DNA from: Phoronis australis
Lineage: Eukaryota; Animalia; Phoronida
Direction: 5' to 3'
Length of the DNA stretch: 64,000 nt
Assembly (NCBI GenBank): GCA_002633005.1
Contig: NMRA01000002.1
Location: 1,146,851-1,210,850 of the forward strand
Part shown: positions 40,001-54,800 of the stretch, one piece after another
How the letters are laid out: each line of letters begins with the position of its first letter
Position numbering within the stretch: position 1 is the stretch's first letter
The notes under the pieces: generated by a model
What the model saw: the letters and a program-made list of their open reading frames with translations, nothing else
Database searches by the model: none
Told to the model about the DNA's origin: nothing
Translations under genes and position numbers: made by a program

Positions 40001-43000
40001 GTCAAATTTCAATAAAATCTTTCTACGGGTTAAGGGATATAGCTGTGGACACAAAAAATGACAACTATGAGCCACCACGGTAGTCAGACCCATGCAAAAA
40101 TCAAAGTCAGTCACGGCCTTGTGAGTAGGAAAACATCCATGATATTCTTAAACATCCTTTGAGCACTTTGGTCGACAGATAATAAATATGGATGCTCGGG
40201 TGCTCGGTAGCATAGAATACGACGGATCTATTTGAAAATAGAGAGGTATTGCCGTCCCCTTGATAGAAGCCCACTTGACAAGGAAGTGAAGATACAAGGG
40301 TAAACATGAAAAAAAATAAAATTGCTAATAGGGGGCACAGTGGTGTTCAGATCCACCAGAAATTCATCATTACTTGTCACACAAATAGAGAAACACAAGC
40401 AAAAATTCATTAAGACCCTGCAAGGGATTAACGAGAAACGGCTGCAGATGCAGACCGTTCGAAAATCAACACTAGCCGTAGTCTTCTGAGCAGGAATGTA
40501 TCTGATCCTTGGAGTGGTTTGGATTTATAAATAATGAAAATGGCAACTACGTGATGCATAATACGACAAATCCTTCGGAACATGGAAATATAACACCGGC
40601 TCCTATATGTAAAATTCCATGAAATCTACCCAAGAACACTGAACATACAGTGGTAAACATAAAAAATTAAATTGCCCCTAGGGGATACAAGTCGTCGGAT
40701 CCTTCTGAAAATCACTGTCGATCATTGTCACATGTATAGGAAAACATCAGCCAATTCCACAAAGGTTCCAAAAGAGGTTAAGGAGATACAGCGACGGATG
40801 CAAAAAAAAAACAAGAGCAACGCGGAGCGTTGAAATGCGCCCACAATTGCACCGCATACGGTATCCTTCTAGGGTTGTTTATTGGTACCATAAAGTGGCC
40901 AGTAGAGGGCATACTTTGCAAAATGGAAAGGCATGGTCCTTGTCTCCTCAATAGGCTAGGGGCAAAATGTGAGTAATCTTCATAATACAAGCACATCCTA
41001 TACACCAGTTGCTTAAAGCACCACAGAAACATAGAATTAAAAACAAATTTACCAACATACGAGATTAGCACAGCATTAGAATGCCAGAAACAAATTTCTA
41101 CTTGGAACTTTTCCTTCANNNNNNNNNNNNNNNNNNNNNNNNNNNNNNNNNNNNNNNNNNNNNNNNNNNNNNNNNNNNNNNNNNNNNNNNNNNNNNNNNN
41201 NNNNNNNNNNNNNNNNNNNNNNNNNNNNNNNNTCCTCTACATAGTAAGCATATACATGCCAATTTTCACAATCATCCTTTGAGCGGTTTGGTTGATAGAG
41301 GGGTGGACGCACAAAAACAGACTCGAAAACACTAAAAATGGCCACTAGGTGGCGCAAACTATGTCGAATCCATCTGAAAACGGGAGGATAGCGTCATCTC
41401 ACTAATAAGTGCCTACATACCAAATTTCATGAAAATCCAATAAGGACTTGTGAAGATACAAAGGTAAGCGTAAAAAAATTAAAATTGCCACTAGGGGGCA
41501 CACCGGTATTCGGATCCGTCCAAAAGTCGTCATCTTCCGTTGTTAACATCATATAAATATACTTACACAATTTCGTAAAGATCCTGCAAACGGTTTAGGA
41601 GATACAGCCATAGGCGCAAAAAAAACAAAACTGCCACTAGGAGGCGCCACAGTAGTCGAAATCGTCGGAAAATCATCGTCAACCGTCCTCTACATAGTAA
41701 GCACATACATGCCAATTTTCACAATCATCCTTTGAGCGGTTTGGTTGATAGAGGGGTGGAAGCACAAAAGCAGACTCGAAAACAGTAAAAATGGCCACTA
41801 GGTGGCGCAAACTATGTTGAATCCATCCGAAAACGGCAGGATAGCGTCATCTCACTACTAGGTGCCTACATACCAAATTTCATGAAAATCCGTTCAAGAC
41901 TTTTGAAGATACAAAGGTAAGCGTAAAAAACTAAAATTGCCACTAGGGGGCACACCGGTAGTCGGATCCGTCCGAAAGTTCGCACATGCCGTCCCATTCA
42001 TGAATGGAACATATGTGCCAAATTTCATGAACGTATGTCAAAGGGTTTTGGAGATAGAGCCGCGGACGCCGGACGCCAGACGCCGGACGCCGGACGGCTG
42101 GACGGACGGACGGACGGACGGACGGACGGACGGACAGAGATGACGGCATAATGCGTCCACATATAAATATGTGGGCGCATAATGAGATGGCCCACGGTAG
42201 CTGGACTCATTCGAAAATCAACATCAGACATAGACTTCTACGCAGAAACAGATACGGTACGTCAATTTTCACAACAATCATTCAAGCAGTTTGTTAGCTA
42301 CATAGGCAGACTCCAAACACAGATTTGAAAACAATAAAAATTGCCACTAGGTGGTGCTGAATCAATCAAATCTGTGCAAAATGGGAAGGAAAACTTTTTG
42401 CCAATTTTCATGAAATGCCATCAAAAAACTCCAAGTAAACAAAACTGCCATTAGGAGGAAAAGCGGTAGCTAGATCAGTCTGAAACTCGTCATTAGCTCC
42501 ATAGGAACACATTTGCCAAATCTCATTAAGATCGGGCAAGTGGTTTAGGAGATACAGCTGCAGACAACAGACACCTGGACAGAGATGACGGTAATACGCA
42601 CCAAAATATCTATCCGTGGGTGCACAATAACAGTGCTTTGCTAATCCGCCACACAATTCTTCCGACTGCAAAGCTGGGCTACTGTTAGGGAAGGAACAAA
42701 ATGAAACGGTAGCAAATGATTCGACTTGGAACTTACGACAACATTTTACTTGGACTAGACTTAAACCAGTGCATAAGTTAGAAGAGCACATCCTCACCTT
42801 ACTGTTAGCGGTGACAGTTTCACTGTGTAATGCGTTCGGCAAATATGCACCGAATGAACTGTTCAAGGAACCTGTCATGTCTCGAGGACCACTCATCTCA
42901 TCTGAAATAGACAAGGCAACAGGAGAGCATGTTAGGCAAGTCCGCACGCTAACACAAGTCAGTCGAGGACAGATTCGATGAACAGCAACCAGGGGACTGT

Positions 43001-45779
43001 TTCATGAAAAGAGAATTAAGACAGAAATTTGGTCTTACACTGCACGCAACTTTTTCTGAAAAATAATTAAATCTCATTTGAGCATCATACATAACCGCGA
43101 GGTACTGAGATAATTCCAATAAAATATTTCCGCAACTGTGATGCTCTCATAATTACCTGGCTAAACCTTTATTCACCAATTGGGCAGTGGGAGAGCAAGA
43201 CCAAATTCCTGTCTTAAGTCTTGAGTAACTTCCATGAAATCGAATCCAGGGCTCAGTATTTTAATTGATGCGATCAATTTTTATGATCACAACACAAACT
43301 ACCAGAATCAACGACTACAACAAACTATTTGAATCTGAAAAGTGAAACAGTCAACACGAGTTACTTACGTTCCACGTGAGCAAAGGCACAAAACGCTCCT
43401 CTAGGACAGTAGCCTGTCTGCACCATGTCGTTACATTTTGTCGACTTGTAAATCTGTAATGAGAAGTTAGACTGTCAACTCCATTAGTAAACTTGTAAAT
43501 CTGTAGTGAGAAGTTAGACTGTCAACTCCATTAGTAAACTTGTAAATCTGTAGTGAGAAGTTAGACTGTCAACTCCATTAGTAAACTTTCACAAAGAACA
43601 GCAAAAACACCCATGGCCTATAATTGAACAAGACAAAAATATTGTGCACAGATCTGCCTAAGCCAGCCAGTTTTCCCTTGAAAATTGACCACAGATTTCT
43701 GTTGTCGTGCCAGTCATTAACGTGTTACTCAACACCATCTCCGAGAATGAAATGAGACTTGGGATCAACAATAAAGACCATACTGAAGAGCTGCTGCAGT
43801 ACTCTAATTACTCACTGGCTTGTTATTGGCAATCTCGCATGACGTACCACTGCAAACAATGAAATGCGCGCCCTTTGTTTTTTCCATCGGGTAAACATAT
43901 TCTGTTGTCTATGATCCCATTTTTGCGTTATTTTAGAACATTTTCTCAATGGTGAGGCACTGCGTTTGTGGTGGATGTGACAACACCACTTACAATCATC
44001 TTTCGGCACTTTTCGTCTTCCATACCAGGAGGTCCTTCCCAGGAAATAGCACGAATTTGACAAATTTGTGAGTGATACAAGTCCGTCAAAGACTCACCAT
44101 GCAGTGCAGATTCCTTGATTTACAACTATCACTTCATCCAAGTCTTGCTTAGACGAGAACTTTGCAGTAAATGCCAAGATCATCCGACCACAGAATCGAA
44201 CCAGCAAGCATCTTAATCATTCTACTAATAGGCAAATGCCTGATAACTAGTAGCTAAAAGAAGCTCATCACCGAAAAAAACTTCGAGTAGGCCGTTGCAT
44301 CACGCACAGATCTAAATTATTCATGAATATTAATTAGAAAGCACAAATTCTATTTTTTTGTTACAGGATCTCATCGGTACATCACCATGTTGAAAATATG
44401 CAAACGGTGTTAAAATCACCATTTACCTAATTTTGACGAGTGATTACATTGCCAATATCATTAAACCTTAATTCAAAGCACTGTATATCACAATCATGAA
44501 TTCAATATCCTAAACACGAGAAAATCAAAAAAGCGACTCCACACATAAGTGTGACGTATGAACGTACCCAGCACCAGTGTGTCACATCCAACAACACCCA
44601 AATTCCCTGTACAAACTTGTGCCATATCCATGCTTCTCAGGTGTCCCGCAGGAAAGTGGAAAGACCCACAGCGTGGGTCAAATTCTAACTGTCACAACCA
44701 CAACAAACGCAACGCCTTGTCATTCCTTACTATACCATAAAATAAGGAAAACGAGCAGAAATATCTGGTGACTATTCACACTAAACACAATGTAGGTGGT
44801 GTGATTGGTTTTCCCCTAATTTTATTTAGTATGTTTCGACCTATAAATGTTCTTAATTCAAAATCAACTAATTAACATATCGTCAGATAGTGTTTGCAGG
44901 TGTTCAAATTTGACAACTGATCAACTGGTGGGGTGTTTTGGGGGGTTTTGGTATGAAATTGGCGATTTTAGGCACTTTTAAACTTCCACAACAATTTACA
45001 GCATGACTGAAACATGAAGGCTTTCTTCACAAAATGCTCTTTTAGCAATACTTAAACTAATATCTAGTCTGGCTTGCAATGAGGACAACATTTTGAAAGA
45101 AGTCAGAACTCCTGACAGTTATTTGTTCACAACAGTTCGTGGCCCGTCAGATAAGTCATGACTTGTTTTACTCAAATAAAATTGCTTGGACTGGTAAGGT
45201 TTGACAAAGAGTTTAGCTATCAAATGTATACATGCAAATAATTTTTTTTTTAAAATGTTTCCCATCGTTAAGTGTCACTCACCTCCGGGTGAAACTGCTG
45301 CTCTGTCCTGGTGTGGCAGTAAGAACAGGCGTCACCAGAGTCACATGTGACAGGGTCACCCCACTCATCGCCATGTTTCACATTTGGGCAAGGTGTGGAT
45401 CTGTAATGCAAATTATATACAATAGAGGGCACAACTGCATGGTACGAACACATATACATTGGCTAACCAGTATTTCTTCATTAAATGTCGAGGTGTGGAT
45501 CTATAAAACAGTAATACACAACAGAGGGCTTACCTGCATAGTATGCACGCATAAATGGTAAAGTTTAGTCAAATTTCAACAAATGCACAGCAAAAATCAG
45601 ACGTGTCCGAAAATTCATTCATACCCCCCAAGATAAGCGTATGTCTGCAAAATTTTTATGAAAATCCATCCAGGGGTTCTGGAGAGACAGCAGCAGACAG
45701 TGCAATGGTGCATGCCACATGGACACCTGACAGCGATGGAGATAACGACATAATGCGTCAAACACGCACACGCACACGC

Positions 45780-45816
<37 letters not shown>

Positions 45817-48800
45817 GGTGCAGGAAAATCATCCATTATGCTCTAGAAAGTCAAAACTTCTGCTTCTAACATTTGAAATTTCAAGCGTAACTAAAATGCT
45901 GAAAGCTTTTCGCAGGTAAAAACTTGTATATACCACGATAAGGTCATGGCCGTATAGTACAGGTCATTTGACTTGCCATGCAAATGTCATCAAAGTAGTT
46001 TTAGATGCAAACAACTTAAATCTAAGTGCAAATTCCCTCCATTTGTTCACACTATTCAAACTTTTGCAATGCGAGTGATTAAAAAAAATTCAACTCAAAA
46101 ACTTCTATGAGGCAGTGTGTGCCCTGGCCAAATGAAGTCTTGATTCACAACACTGATGCAGTGAAAGATTCACAAGTAAAAAACTTGTGTCTAATCTTGG
46201 TTATGTATTCAATAAACTCTGCATGAAATAAAAAGCATCAAAATGGGACTTTGAGTGGAATTCCATTAGTGCCTTGGCACCGATTATGAAAAATAGGTCA
46301 AATTGTCACATGTGGAGCACATGTTATTTCAGGTTGAGATGAAAACAAGGTCAGGATTTGGCTCTTAAAACTACACGAAAAGAATGGTTCTTTTGAATAA
46401 ATTTGTTGCATAGTATCTCAACCTCTGCTAGACTTTAGACCTGGTAAGTGTTAATTTCAGGCAAGTCGGCCATACCTAAATGCACTGCAGAAGACGCTTG
46501 CAAGACGATGTACTCGGTGACCAGCGCTCTAGTCAACTCCGAATCGCAGTCAAAAATATGAGTGGAAAAAGTATACATATGAGTAGAAAATTGGCCTCAC
46601 TTATACGGACGCCAACACTTGAACTTTTGAGCTGGCATTTTCACCTGTGCCGAGCACTGCATATTTTTATGGAATACTTTTAGTCAGACAATATTTTATA
46701 ATCTCAGACATTGTGGAACATTTTGGTCATGACTGATTGGCAAAAACAGATGCTAACAGCAGCTTTTATAGATTCATAAACCCTAAATCAACATAACAAG
46801 CTCAAAAACACATTTGTTAGAACAGGTGGTTATTGCAGGGTGTTGACATCCAAGTCATTTTCTAGGGTCGCACAATTCTCTTGCCAAGATGACAATGGCG
46901 AATTCTGGATGGAACTGGGGATGGCAAAACAAAGCCAATTCGCCCACTTGTGGAATTCTTCACAACTTGTCAAAAAAAAATTAAGAAATGCACTCATTTG
47001 TTGACTCCTGAGTCAATGCAAAACAGAGCGACATCGACATAGTTTTTGTGTCCTTAACTTAAAAATGGTGTCCATCAGCCGCTGACCGTACTATACCGGA
47101 AGTGTGATTTCGTAACTGGACGACATGTTTAATTGTGCTGTGTGAAGTGGGTCAGTGCTCGTAACACAGCAAATTTCCACTTCACAGCAATTTCTGGTGT
47201 TCGTAGTTCCTATCATCTGCTAATGCCATGAGAACATCAAAATGACGGATTGCAGACTAGTTTCAAGTGGCTGCCGCAAGAAACAGAGACTAGCGAAAAC
47301 TTGCTATAGTGAAATATAATCATAAATTTGACCAAGTACATGCATAGCTTAGCATAATATCGCAAGACAAAAGCTGGAACATGACTGGCACCTAGACCTA
47401 GCACAGTGCTCTGCAAAAGTAAGGCTGTTGCTATGCGCACCTGTTATCATTGCCAAGTGCTTGCAATACAGAATCCAAAACTTGTCTTATTTCAGCACGT
47501 TTTATATTACAATGACTATTCATTACAATGTTGCATTTTGTGGTCACCCAATGCAAACCACAGCTGATCAACACCACGTTATTATGTATCAAGTAGTAGG
47601 CTAATTTACAGCCAAGCTCCAATGGGAGAAATTAGGAAAATCCAGGCATGGTTCCTTTGCTCATTTATCTCATGCAATTACACAATTATATTTATAACAA
47701 ATTTAGCAGCAACTTGTTCTTTAAAAATTGAAAACTGGTAAGACTAAGAACAGGTAAGTCATCAGTGCTATTGACAAGTCAATTAACTGGCCTTTCTAGG
47801 CATAGCCACATTAAGGCCAAGTAAACGCCGCCGCAGGCACACCATTTTTCGGCATAACACCAATACATTTGGTTGTGGCATCTGAGATCTACCCGTAGTA
47901 CATTCAGGTGAGCGTTGTATGCACTGAAAATAGCTTTTGTTTGCCATACGGAGGCTGGTCTGATTTTTGTACTCTAATACTATGGGCATATATCAGACTT
48001 ACTGCACGCACCTACTTGTAAAAGGCATCTGCATGTTAAAACAAATACAGGGTTTCATCACTGCAACAGTGAATTTCATCAAGCATGGGGTACTGGCAAA
48101 CACCAAAGTGGGGCTAATATTTTTTTAAATGACTTAAAGACTTCATATATTTCAGGCAATTTGGCCAATAAAAACATTTAAAAGTCTAGCACGACCTTAG
48201 ACTTGGCAGACCTTCACTTGGATTTTGCAGACCTTCACTTGGATTAAGCACTTTAAGTTGCCATTAGTTAATTGATATGATGTCATCAAATCTCATGGAG
48301 ACATTAACAGATTAGTTACTACACGATCACACTCAAAACAAACTTCCTGTCTCTTCACTACTATCAAAGACCTGTATCAAAGGCAAGGAGTAATCCATCA
48401 TGAAATACTCATAATTTTAATCTGGCTCTTACACCACAAAAACAACACATAACCAGTGGATGAGCAAAAAACTAGGTCAGACCATGACATACTAGGCTGA
48501 TCAGGCATCAACAGATGGTCATGTTCACAAATAAGTGGTGGCTGTTTGGACAAAAATGTTGCACAGGCAATGAGCCACAGTTACCTAAACTGTTTATACA
48601 AACTAACCCCTCTATGCCAGTATTGCACTAATTAACAAGTTCAGAGGTCACTGTCATATAACAACCACAAGACCAGAAGTCACAAGTCATATAACCCCAA
48701 GACCAGAACTCTATGTCATACAGCCACAAGACCAAAAGTCACAAGTCATACAAGAGCCAGCTAGCACTTGTCCCAATTTAAACACAAACCTGGATTTCGG

Positions 48801-51800
48801 GGAAAATGAAACTTTGTGCCCATACTTCAAATCTAAAAAATATAACTTACAGTACCGGTTTGTTTCTTCTGATTACCCAAACCCAGCCTTGCAGTACAGA
48901 TACCTTGCAGCACAGATACCTTGCAATGCTTCCTTCAGGGAAACAATACGCAAAAGCAGGTGTTCTCTCAATTATTTATAATATGAAAACTTTAGAAGTG
49001 AGAGTGGTACTCAAATCTGTATCACAAAAGTAGGTCACAAACAATAGAGGCCAAGACTAATGACTGTTTGTCTACTGGTTACAAGGCCCTTTCTCATGTA
49101 CAGTTAACTCTGCTGCCGAAGCTTCAATGTTAACTGTGAAATTACGGTAAGCGTTAATGTTCCTATCAGTATCCAGAGTTAAACTCAGAGAAGTTATAGC
49201 ACGACAACACTAACATGACTTTTGATCATATGCCTTGCGGTATTTGCCTTGTCATCAAAAATGGCAAGGACCTCTCCCTCTCCCCAAATGGAAACTAGAA
49301 CGTCAACTTAACAAGGCAGCCATCAGTTGCCACGTTGGCACGATAACCGTGTACTAGAAAATGACATGATCCAAAGAAAGACACGATGACGTAAGGCCAG
49401 AACTTATTTTGCGTACAATATATTTTAGTGATTTTTAAACCAGCAAATACATGGATAAATTGAAACAAAATGCTTATGCTTACTCAATTGAAGCCAGTAG
49501 GAAAGGCCTTAAAGTGGGAAATATTTCAGGACCACATTAGTTCAGGTACTACCTACCACAAAGTCCCGTCCACACACAGACTTGCCCTAGAACAACTTGC
49601 ACAAGTGTAACTTGATTCACTTTTAAGTGGAGCGTTAACACAAATATATATCCGATAACTAGCCTAAGGTGGATATTGTTGCTCTGCGCCAGATTTGTAG
49701 CCACACATCGCTTAGAATTGGTGTAAGTTACTTTAGAGCAAGTAGCCTACCTCGATAAGGTGGAGTAAGATGTCACAAATGGGGTAAGTTATACTAGTTA
49801 AATAGCACCCAAATTGCTCAACATCGGAACATCATATCTCCGAAATTCCAGACTGGATTCATATGAAACTTTCATACACTTTGTTCCATGCACTATTATC
49901 TACCGCGCCATTAGGAGTTGTTTTTGCAATTTCCACTTCTGTACGATGGGCTCTTAAAATAGAACTTTTATAACTTTCATGAAAGAAACTCTAAAGTTGC
50001 ATTTATAAAACGAAATGACATTTTTTTGTAACAGCGTTTCTGAGAACTCGTCTTGAACATTCAAATCAAAGAAAATTTGATCATGATACTGATACCGTTG
50101 CCTTAAAATTAATGTACCGTTCTTATTTCCCAAATTTTACTAAAAAGACATGGTTACGTGGCTTTACTTTTACCAAGACGAAACCAATAGATATTTAACT
50201 AAATGCCCAGACCTATCAATATGGCCCTACATAACCCAAACAGGTGGTTGTCTCTCCTTTACAATACCCAAGAACTTCCTTAGGGCTATCTCTAACAGTT
50301 CTTGTCTTCTGCGGGGAATAAAATAATGAGTGGTAAAACTGCAATTTCCATTGATCAAAGGTTTACCTTACACAAATATTCCAAAGGTTACATGTTGTTT
50401 GGGAGCAACAAAAGAGCACAGATCAGCTTGGCAATGAGGCAAGTTTATCTTTTCAAGAAATTTTATAAAAGTGCCTCTTTACCGTGGCAGCATGACCAAA
50501 CTTGAAGTAAGTTTATCCTGCAGGTTAATAAAGCTACGACGTACCCCGCAGCTGTGCAGGTGTGAAGACGAATCAATATACATGAGCCAACAGCACAAGT
50601 GTGAAAGCTTGACAAGTCAATTATCACTCTATTTCCTACACAGACTCACATCAGGGAACACGTAGTTCTTATAAATAAGGCAAAGAAATGTGCACACATG
50701 AACAATATACGTGGTAATAAATATGCAGCTAGACACTACAATAGACCATATCTCACCATTTCATAAAATTTTCTAATTAAATCTGGCATTACCTGCCAGT
50801 GGAGAATGGGCCAAGTGTGACCACAGTCATACTACATACCTACACACTCACATTCAGTCAATCAAAGTAAGAAAGACCGTTTAGATTCAGGCCCAATACC
50901 AAGAAACAGCCAAATCCACAATAGTTACCAGCAACTAGAAACAGTCTAATGACTCACATTAGCATAACCAACCAAAAGTAGGTCTCCAACAAAAACTTGC
51001 TGTTTACCTACTTCAACTGAAGCCAGTTTCAGATGAGCAACATCTTCCACCAAAAAGTTATGTGGCATATCACACAATCGTTGCCAATGTCTAATTGGCC
51101 AGCATCAGAAAAGCAATAAACTTAGACTGAATTTGTGCCAAATTCATTTGTTAGCAGGTCAAAACAATCTGAACTAGGCATGACAACACTGAGTTTACAT
51201 CGATTTCACTGGTACTGCTGAAGGCTGGCATTAAATATATCCCATTTCATCAATAATGAACCAAAAACTGGCAGACTAATATACCTTACCACAAAATTCT
51301 GGATATATTGAAGATTGCAACCTCGAGACCTATTACTTTTGGTTGGAATCGCATGCAAAATGTCGCTATGACGTTTTTTTTTTATATACAGAGACAAAGC
51401 CACAGTGTCCTTAGGCAAGGCTTTCTAAAACTTAGTACATGAATAGATCTCTAAACGGTTATCTGGTCAACGCCATCCGTTTTCCACTGAATCTAACTGC
51501 TCACCACTTACTGAAGATTTTCTGATGACTGCCCTTTTATTGACCAATTATGGCTGAGCTTTTTGTGGTTAACCATCTACTGTAGGGGACTATTTCTTTA
51601 TCCTATTTGTCATAACCATTCATTATCATCACATAGTCATCACAGACACTGCTGCCACCAACATCAACGTGCTTCATTCAATGTCAAGTTTATCACAACC
51701 TGTTGTTTGGGTAGTTTTGTTGAATTGTGCTGTAGGAACTGCGTAGGTCAGTGCACTCTTTAGTAACGGACACTGGTGAGTTGTGCACCTCTACCAGTCA

Positions 51801-54800
51801 ACATTGTCACTCTCACAACTCCCACCAGTGAGGACCAGGGACCCCATCGCTAGGTACCAGCTGACACAGTCACTCTTATAGCTCCCACCAGGGGACCCGA
51901 CCACTTACCTGTACTTGTGAGTTCGAGGACACCGCCTCCGATCCCGGTTGTTATGGAAACATGGGCAGGCGTAACCTTGACGACATAGCCTAGGCAGCTT
52001 CTTGCATTGCTCTGTTTTATAATTTTGTAGAACATATTCTGTATCTGAAATTTGAATGAAACAATGCAGACAACTTAGGAAGAGCTTGCGCGTGAACACC
52101 CTCTGTTGAACAGAAACGTGTAGGTCAAACAACTTAGCATTAAGCAACACCTATAGAGTTTTCACATCTCATTTTATGAGATTCTAGAAAAACAAACCGC
52201 ACACAAAAATACACTGAAGGAAAGTAACACGTGCATTGTGACAAATGATCACTGAATCATTCAGGGTCACAAATATTTACACAACTCACAGCCAGTTGGT
52301 AAGCTGCCAAACAACTGTTAATTTCACAAAAAACGTCAGTCTGAATGCAACATATGTCAATCAATAATAGAGAGGCAGGCATCCTGTCAGCAGGACTTGT
52401 CACACAANNNCCCCCCCCCCCCCCCGTGCCTAGCCTTTCGATCGTGACACTTTAATGATGACACGAGGAAATAATGAATTCCAAAGAAACAGTCCCAAAC
52501 CCAGTCCAGTTACAGCCCAAATCAATATTAATCAATGTCCAGCTGACCCACAGCTGGTAGTCACTACATGAAGTGACCCCTGGTGGGTAATGGGTACTGT
52601 TCCACCAGCTGGTTTGAATAAACTTTGCCTGTTGCATTGTTATTTTAAGCAGTTTCACTAAGTGACTAATTCCTACCCTCAGCAACCATAGTTTACAGCC
52701 TGTTTACAGTTTGGGGTTCAAATCAATTTAGAAAGCAAGAGTAAACACAAGCAGTTTAGCTTTCAATTCTATTTCAAGGTAGAAGTGGTTTCCCCCGATT
52801 CCTATCTTGACAAGTCCAAGCACAAAATTCAAGTCGATACTACCCAGATGGGGGTAGTGAATTTATCCGAATCTTTACACGTCACTATGGCAACGCAAAA
52901 CAGAAACAACGAGTAGAAGATGGTGAGACATAAAAATAAGAAAATGTCGAGAAAACAATCAAATTACCAGTTAGCTAAATAAAAGCAAGTCCTTGACAGA
53001 AAGGTGAGAACAGTGCATACACGGGATTCGTCCAGCAGATGTCACAGCATCTAAACCGATTCGGTCTTCACAGAGGACACAGGAGAAAAAGCGATCGGGA
53101 TGAATCAATTCAAAGTAAATCAGCTCCCAACTGGAGTGTAGACTGGGTATTACAAAACTACCATGTGGTCTTTTAGCCTAGCCAATATTCAGGTTCAATT
53201 ACTAGTACATATACTGGGCTGAAATTGATATCAAACAGGTAATTTATGGTATGATATGAAGTTCAGTGCAATGGATACTGTAGAGTGTTTTCACCACATA
53301 CTCTGCTCTATTATGGGATATAAATATATATATATATATATATACTTGTTTCACTACATACTCTTTACATTTTGCTGCAAAACATCATGAGCGTGATGTT
53401 AGAGAATAAGCGACCACATCAAGATTGAAACAGACGAAGAGGAAGTACACAGTCAACTGTTGTGTTCAATGAAAGTTGAACAATGACGAGACTTGTTGAG
53501 AAAAAGAATACAAACATGGGAGACAATCAAAAACTTTATAAAATATAAACATGGGATACAACAGCAACTCTGAAACAGGTGATCCTACCTACCACCTGTT
53601 GGAATGTCAATGTAATAATACTGGTGCTGCTACCAGAGGGGAGTTTTTTGTATTTGACAGCGGCTGACACATTGGCATATTCACGTAGTGAATGGACCTT
53701 TTGAAAGGATGGCATGCTTTAGGCCATTTGCGCCAGCTAAGCACTACAGAGGGCACCAGGAGTACTTAGTCTCACATGACCCGAGGACACAGCTTTCTAA
53801 AACTTCCCACTCAAAGTCTAAAGATTACACATGTGTAAAACCTGAAGACGTACCGTTCCATTTAGGGTCATCTGCAGCTCCTTGCTTCACAGTATTATTA
53901 TCCGCAACTATTCCCGAAGCTATTGCTAGACTACCAAGCATAGTTGGGTCACCGACTTTCTCAGCCTGTTCCATAAGATGGCGCTCGCGTGCATCATACA
54001 CGGGCGGTCGCAAGTCATGCGAACCATGTGCAAATGCACAGTGTGCACCATTCTTTACACAGTTGCCTCGGGGGTCAGTCTCATGAACACAGGTTCCCGT
54101 CTTGTAATACCGCAGGTGGTATCGCCGTTCTGTGTCACCACCAGTGCGATGCAAGAATGGACACCTAGCGACAGACAATGGAACCAGCTTATTGAAACAC
54201 GATATTGAAAGTTGGAAGTTGTTAACACAAATTGACGATAAAAATTCCATATCCATTGCTTACTCTTTTGAGAGTTCTAAGTTGGGCAACTACACTCACA
54301 ACTGTACCAGATTCAATTCTACACACCAATCAGGCTTGTTAAAATCTTAACCATCCATCAGATTTGCTGAATATTGATCAATATGTCTGACGGAAACATG
54401 GGGATTAAATGTTTAAATATAGTAAGCTTTCAGAAAATCCCACCTTATAGGGATTGCATACACCAAATTGTGCATAGCCACACACCAGACCACAACACAG
54501 TCCCTTTCATCAAATACCACTGAAGATCCTCATGATGGCACTATTTTGTAAATTTTAGTGAGCATACCTACAGCTATATGGTAAATGTGACATCATGATC
54601 AAATAAAATGTAAAATTATATTGCTTATGAAGCTTTACTTGTTTGTATAAACCAGAAATCTGCAGAATGCAAGGCCCTTGCTCCCCTGAGCTGGAAAGTG
54701 CCAGTGCCTTCTGAAAGGCAATCTCCCTCCTGAAGAGAAAATCAGTTCTCCACATAGAGCTTATAAACAGTGGCAAGTCGCGGCTGTGTTAGTGCTTGTG

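Noticed and set aside
41937-42231. ORFs with SVRP/GRTD repeats
   Set aside because: Translations of the (GTCC)n microsatellite of the HINE-like element.
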